From positions 1,302,001 through 1,366,000 of the forward strand of contig CM074811.1 of the NCBI GenBank assembly GCA_037447605.1: a stretch of 64,000 bases of DNA, read 5' to 3'. The notes below the pieces were generated by a model that was not told where the DNA came from, did no database searches, and worked only from the letters and a program-made list of their open reading frames with translations. Positions 61,873 through 64,000 of the stretch are shown here, piece after piece. The translations under genes were made by a program, and so were the position numbers. Each line of letters begins with the position of its first letter. Position 1 is the first letter of the stretch. The stretch is from Zygnema circumcarinatum SAG 698-1b (taxonomy: Eukaryota > Plantae > Zygnematophyceae).

Positions 61873-63744
61873 ATGGCTGCGATGTCATCTATGAAGTTAC
61901 TTGAGCAGCTTCCTCTTCCGAAGAAGTCAGGCTCCACATACGATTCATCTCTTGATTCATGGTTTTTGAATCGGCCGGGCAGTGAAAGTGCGTTGACTGC
62001 GCAGACGAAGCAGATCAAGGAGCCTCCTCCCTATGGCCGACGCCAGGGCTTCGTTCCGCGAAAGCTTGAAGACTTTGGGGATGGTGGTGCATTCCCTGAG
62101 ATACACGTTGCGCAGTACCCGCTGGACATGGGTCGGAAGGAGGACCGAATTAGCAACAAAGTTCTTCCTCTTAATGTGGATGGAAAAGGAAGTGTGGCCT
62201 TTGATGCTATCGTCAGGCAGGGTGAAAACCGCAATAAGACGGTGTTCACACAACAGCGGGACCTTGTTCCGAAGCTGCAGGACTTGGATGCCGCCGAGGA
62301 CTTGAAGCGGCCTGATGATGAAGAAGCGCAGGAGACGACGGACCGTACGCGAATGGCCCTGGAAAAGATTGTGACCACTCGATTGAGTGCAGCACAACCG
62401 AAGAGCTTGCCTGGTGCGCCGGATGCTCCAACTTTTATTAAGTATACACCATCTCAGCAGGGGGCGGCATTTAATTCGGGGGCAAAGGAGCGGGTTATTC
62501 GCATGGTAGAAATGCCAAAGGATCCTTTGGAGCCCCCCAAGTTCAAGCATAAGCGTGTTCCGAAGGCCTCAGGCTCTCCTCCGGTCCCTGTCATGCACTC
62601 TCCTCCAAGGCCTGTCACGGTGAAGGACCAGCAGGACTGGAAAATTCCTCCCTGCATATCTAACTGGAAGAATCCTAAGGGTTACACTATTCCTCTAGAC
62701 AAGCGTTTGGCAGCTGATGGCCGCGGTTTGCAGGAAGTTCAAATTAATGACAATTTTGCTCGTCTCTCAGAAGCTCTATATGTTGCAGAAAACAAAGCTC
62801 GAGAGGCTGTCGAAATGCGCTCTAAAATCCAGCGAGAACTCATGCTTAAGGAGAAGGAGAAAAAGGAGCAAGAACTTCGACAGCTTGCACAAGCAGCGCG
62901 GTTGGAGCGAGCTGGTGGAGCTGCAATTGGAGGTGGAATTTCACGCGATTCTGCAGTGGCAGCCAGTGTGCCAGCTGGCAGTGCTGCAGCTAAAGGGCCT
63001 TCTTGGTCTGGTGCTGCTGGAGCTGGAGCTGGAGGAAGGGGCGCTGAAGCAGACTTGCCAACTGAAGATAAGATTAGGGGAGAAACCAGGGTGGAGAAGG
63101 AGGAGAGGTTAAAGAGGGAGGCAATCAGAGAAGAGAGGCGGAGGGAGAGGGAAAGGGAACGGAGGCTAGAGGCTAAGGAGGGGGGTAATCCAAGCAAGAA
63201 GAGCAAACTCACCCGTGACAGAGATCGTGATGTCAGTGAGAAGGTCGCCTTAGGTTTGGCTTCTACTGGTACTCGAGGGGGTGAAATCATGTATGATCAG
63301 CGACTGTTCAATCAGGAAAAGGGCATGGAATCTGGGTTTGCAGCAGATGATTCCTATAATGTTTACGATAAGCCAATGTTCAACCGTGAAGGGGCTGGTG
63401 GTCTGTTCAAGGTTAGGAAGCTGACAGATGATGAGATGGCTGGAGGAGGCGGGGTCGGTGAGGATGTTGACCAGGTTTTGAAAAGTGATCGTTTCCGTCC
63501 GGATAAAGGCTTTGCAGGGGCCACAGAAAGGGGTGCCCCACGCGACAAACCCGTGGAGTTTGAGGCAGCAGAAGCCGATCCTTTCGGTCTAGACCAGTTC
63601 TTGACGCAGGTGCGAGGGAAGAAGGCGACAGATAAGGTTGGACAGAGTGGGACAATGCGTGCCAGCGGTGGATCAGGGACTAAGGACAGTTACGAGGGGG
63701 GCTCTGGGCGAAAGCGTGTTGATTTTGAGAGAGGCGACAGATAG
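61873..63744 (+). CDS. SKIP: SNW/SKI-interacting protein (spliceosomal NTC-related factor), intronless CDS
   Basis: DFGDGGAFPEIHVAQYPLDMG, DPLEPPKFKHK, WKIPPCISNWKNPKGYTIPLDKRLAADGRGL, YDQRLFNQ, DPFGLDQFL. Confidence 0.97.
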   Translation: MAAMSSMKLLEQLPLPKKSGSTYDSSLDSWFLNRPGSESALTAQTKQIKEPPPYGRRQGFVPRKLEDFGDGGAFPEIHVAQYPLDMGRKEDRISNKVLPLNVDGKGSVAFDAIVRQGENRNKTVFTQQRDLVPKLQDLDAAEDLKRPDDEEAQETTDRTRMALEKIVTTRLSAAQPKSLPGAPDAPTFIKYTPSQQGAAFNSGAKERVIRMVEMPKDPLEPPKFKHKRVPKASGSPPVPVMHSPPRPVTVKDQQDWKIPPCISNWKNPKGYTIPLDKRLAADGRGLQEVQINDNFARLSEALYVAENKAREAVEMRSKIQRELMLKEKEKKEQELRQLAQAARLERAGGAAIGGGISRDSAVAASVPAGSAAAKGPSWSGAAGAGAGGRGAEADLPTEDKIRGETRVEKEERLKREAIREERRRERERERRLEAKEGGNPSKKSKLTRDRDRDVSEKVALGLASTGTRGGEIMYDQRLFNQEKGMESGFAADDSYNVYDKPMFNREGAGGLFKVRKLTDDEMAGGGGVGEDVDQVLKSDRFRPDKGFAGATERGAPRDKPVEFEAAEADPFGLDQFLTQVRGKKATDKVGQSGTMRASGGSGTKDSYEGGSGRKRVDFERGDR

Positions 63745-64000
63745 TTTACTTTTGTTGATCTTGTATCCATTGTTGCAGCTGTAGAAGTCTTGCAGTCTGA
63801 CAGGTTTTTTTAACTGGTGGAATGTACTTATGGAGCTCCTTTTCAGTTAGCCAGAGTGTTGTACAAAGCACGGCTCAAAAGCAGAAATTCATTGTGGCTT
63901 TGGCAATAAGTTGTTGATTTGCCATGCTTGGTGGGGCTTCGTGGGCATGGGTATTGGTGTTTCCCTGTCAATGGAAGTTTTGCACAGGCACATGTAGGAC

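Overview
Eukaryotic, intron-rich, gene-dense green-plant DNA, most likely a streptophyte alga or early-diverging plant (inferred from protein similarity; species not determinable). Ten genes were reconstructed by hand: PEX3 (+), PWP2 (-), SEC24 (+), UDP-glucose 4-epimerase (-), GH95 alpha-L-fucosidase (-), a small SMP/LEA protein (+), an unknown acidic protein (+), an EF-hand mitochondrial carrier (+), a full-length Dicer-like gene (-) and intronless SKIP/SNW (+). A possible partial gene lies at the left edge. The Dicer-like locus stands out. About 440 bp past its stop codon is a degenerate ~1.15 kb inverted copy of its own 3' exons and intron, so read-through RNA could fold into a long hairpin against Dicer itself. 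Its promoter holds a three-deep nest of DNA transposons, each with its own TIRs and TSD. Window-wide signals are a strongly over-represented CCAAT-N9-CCACG(T) motif, sense-strand GA tracts at gene 5' ends, G-rich 3' splice sites, and a 1.2 kb G/A tract filling the last UGE intron. Exon boundaries and identity estimates were read by eye, not computed.
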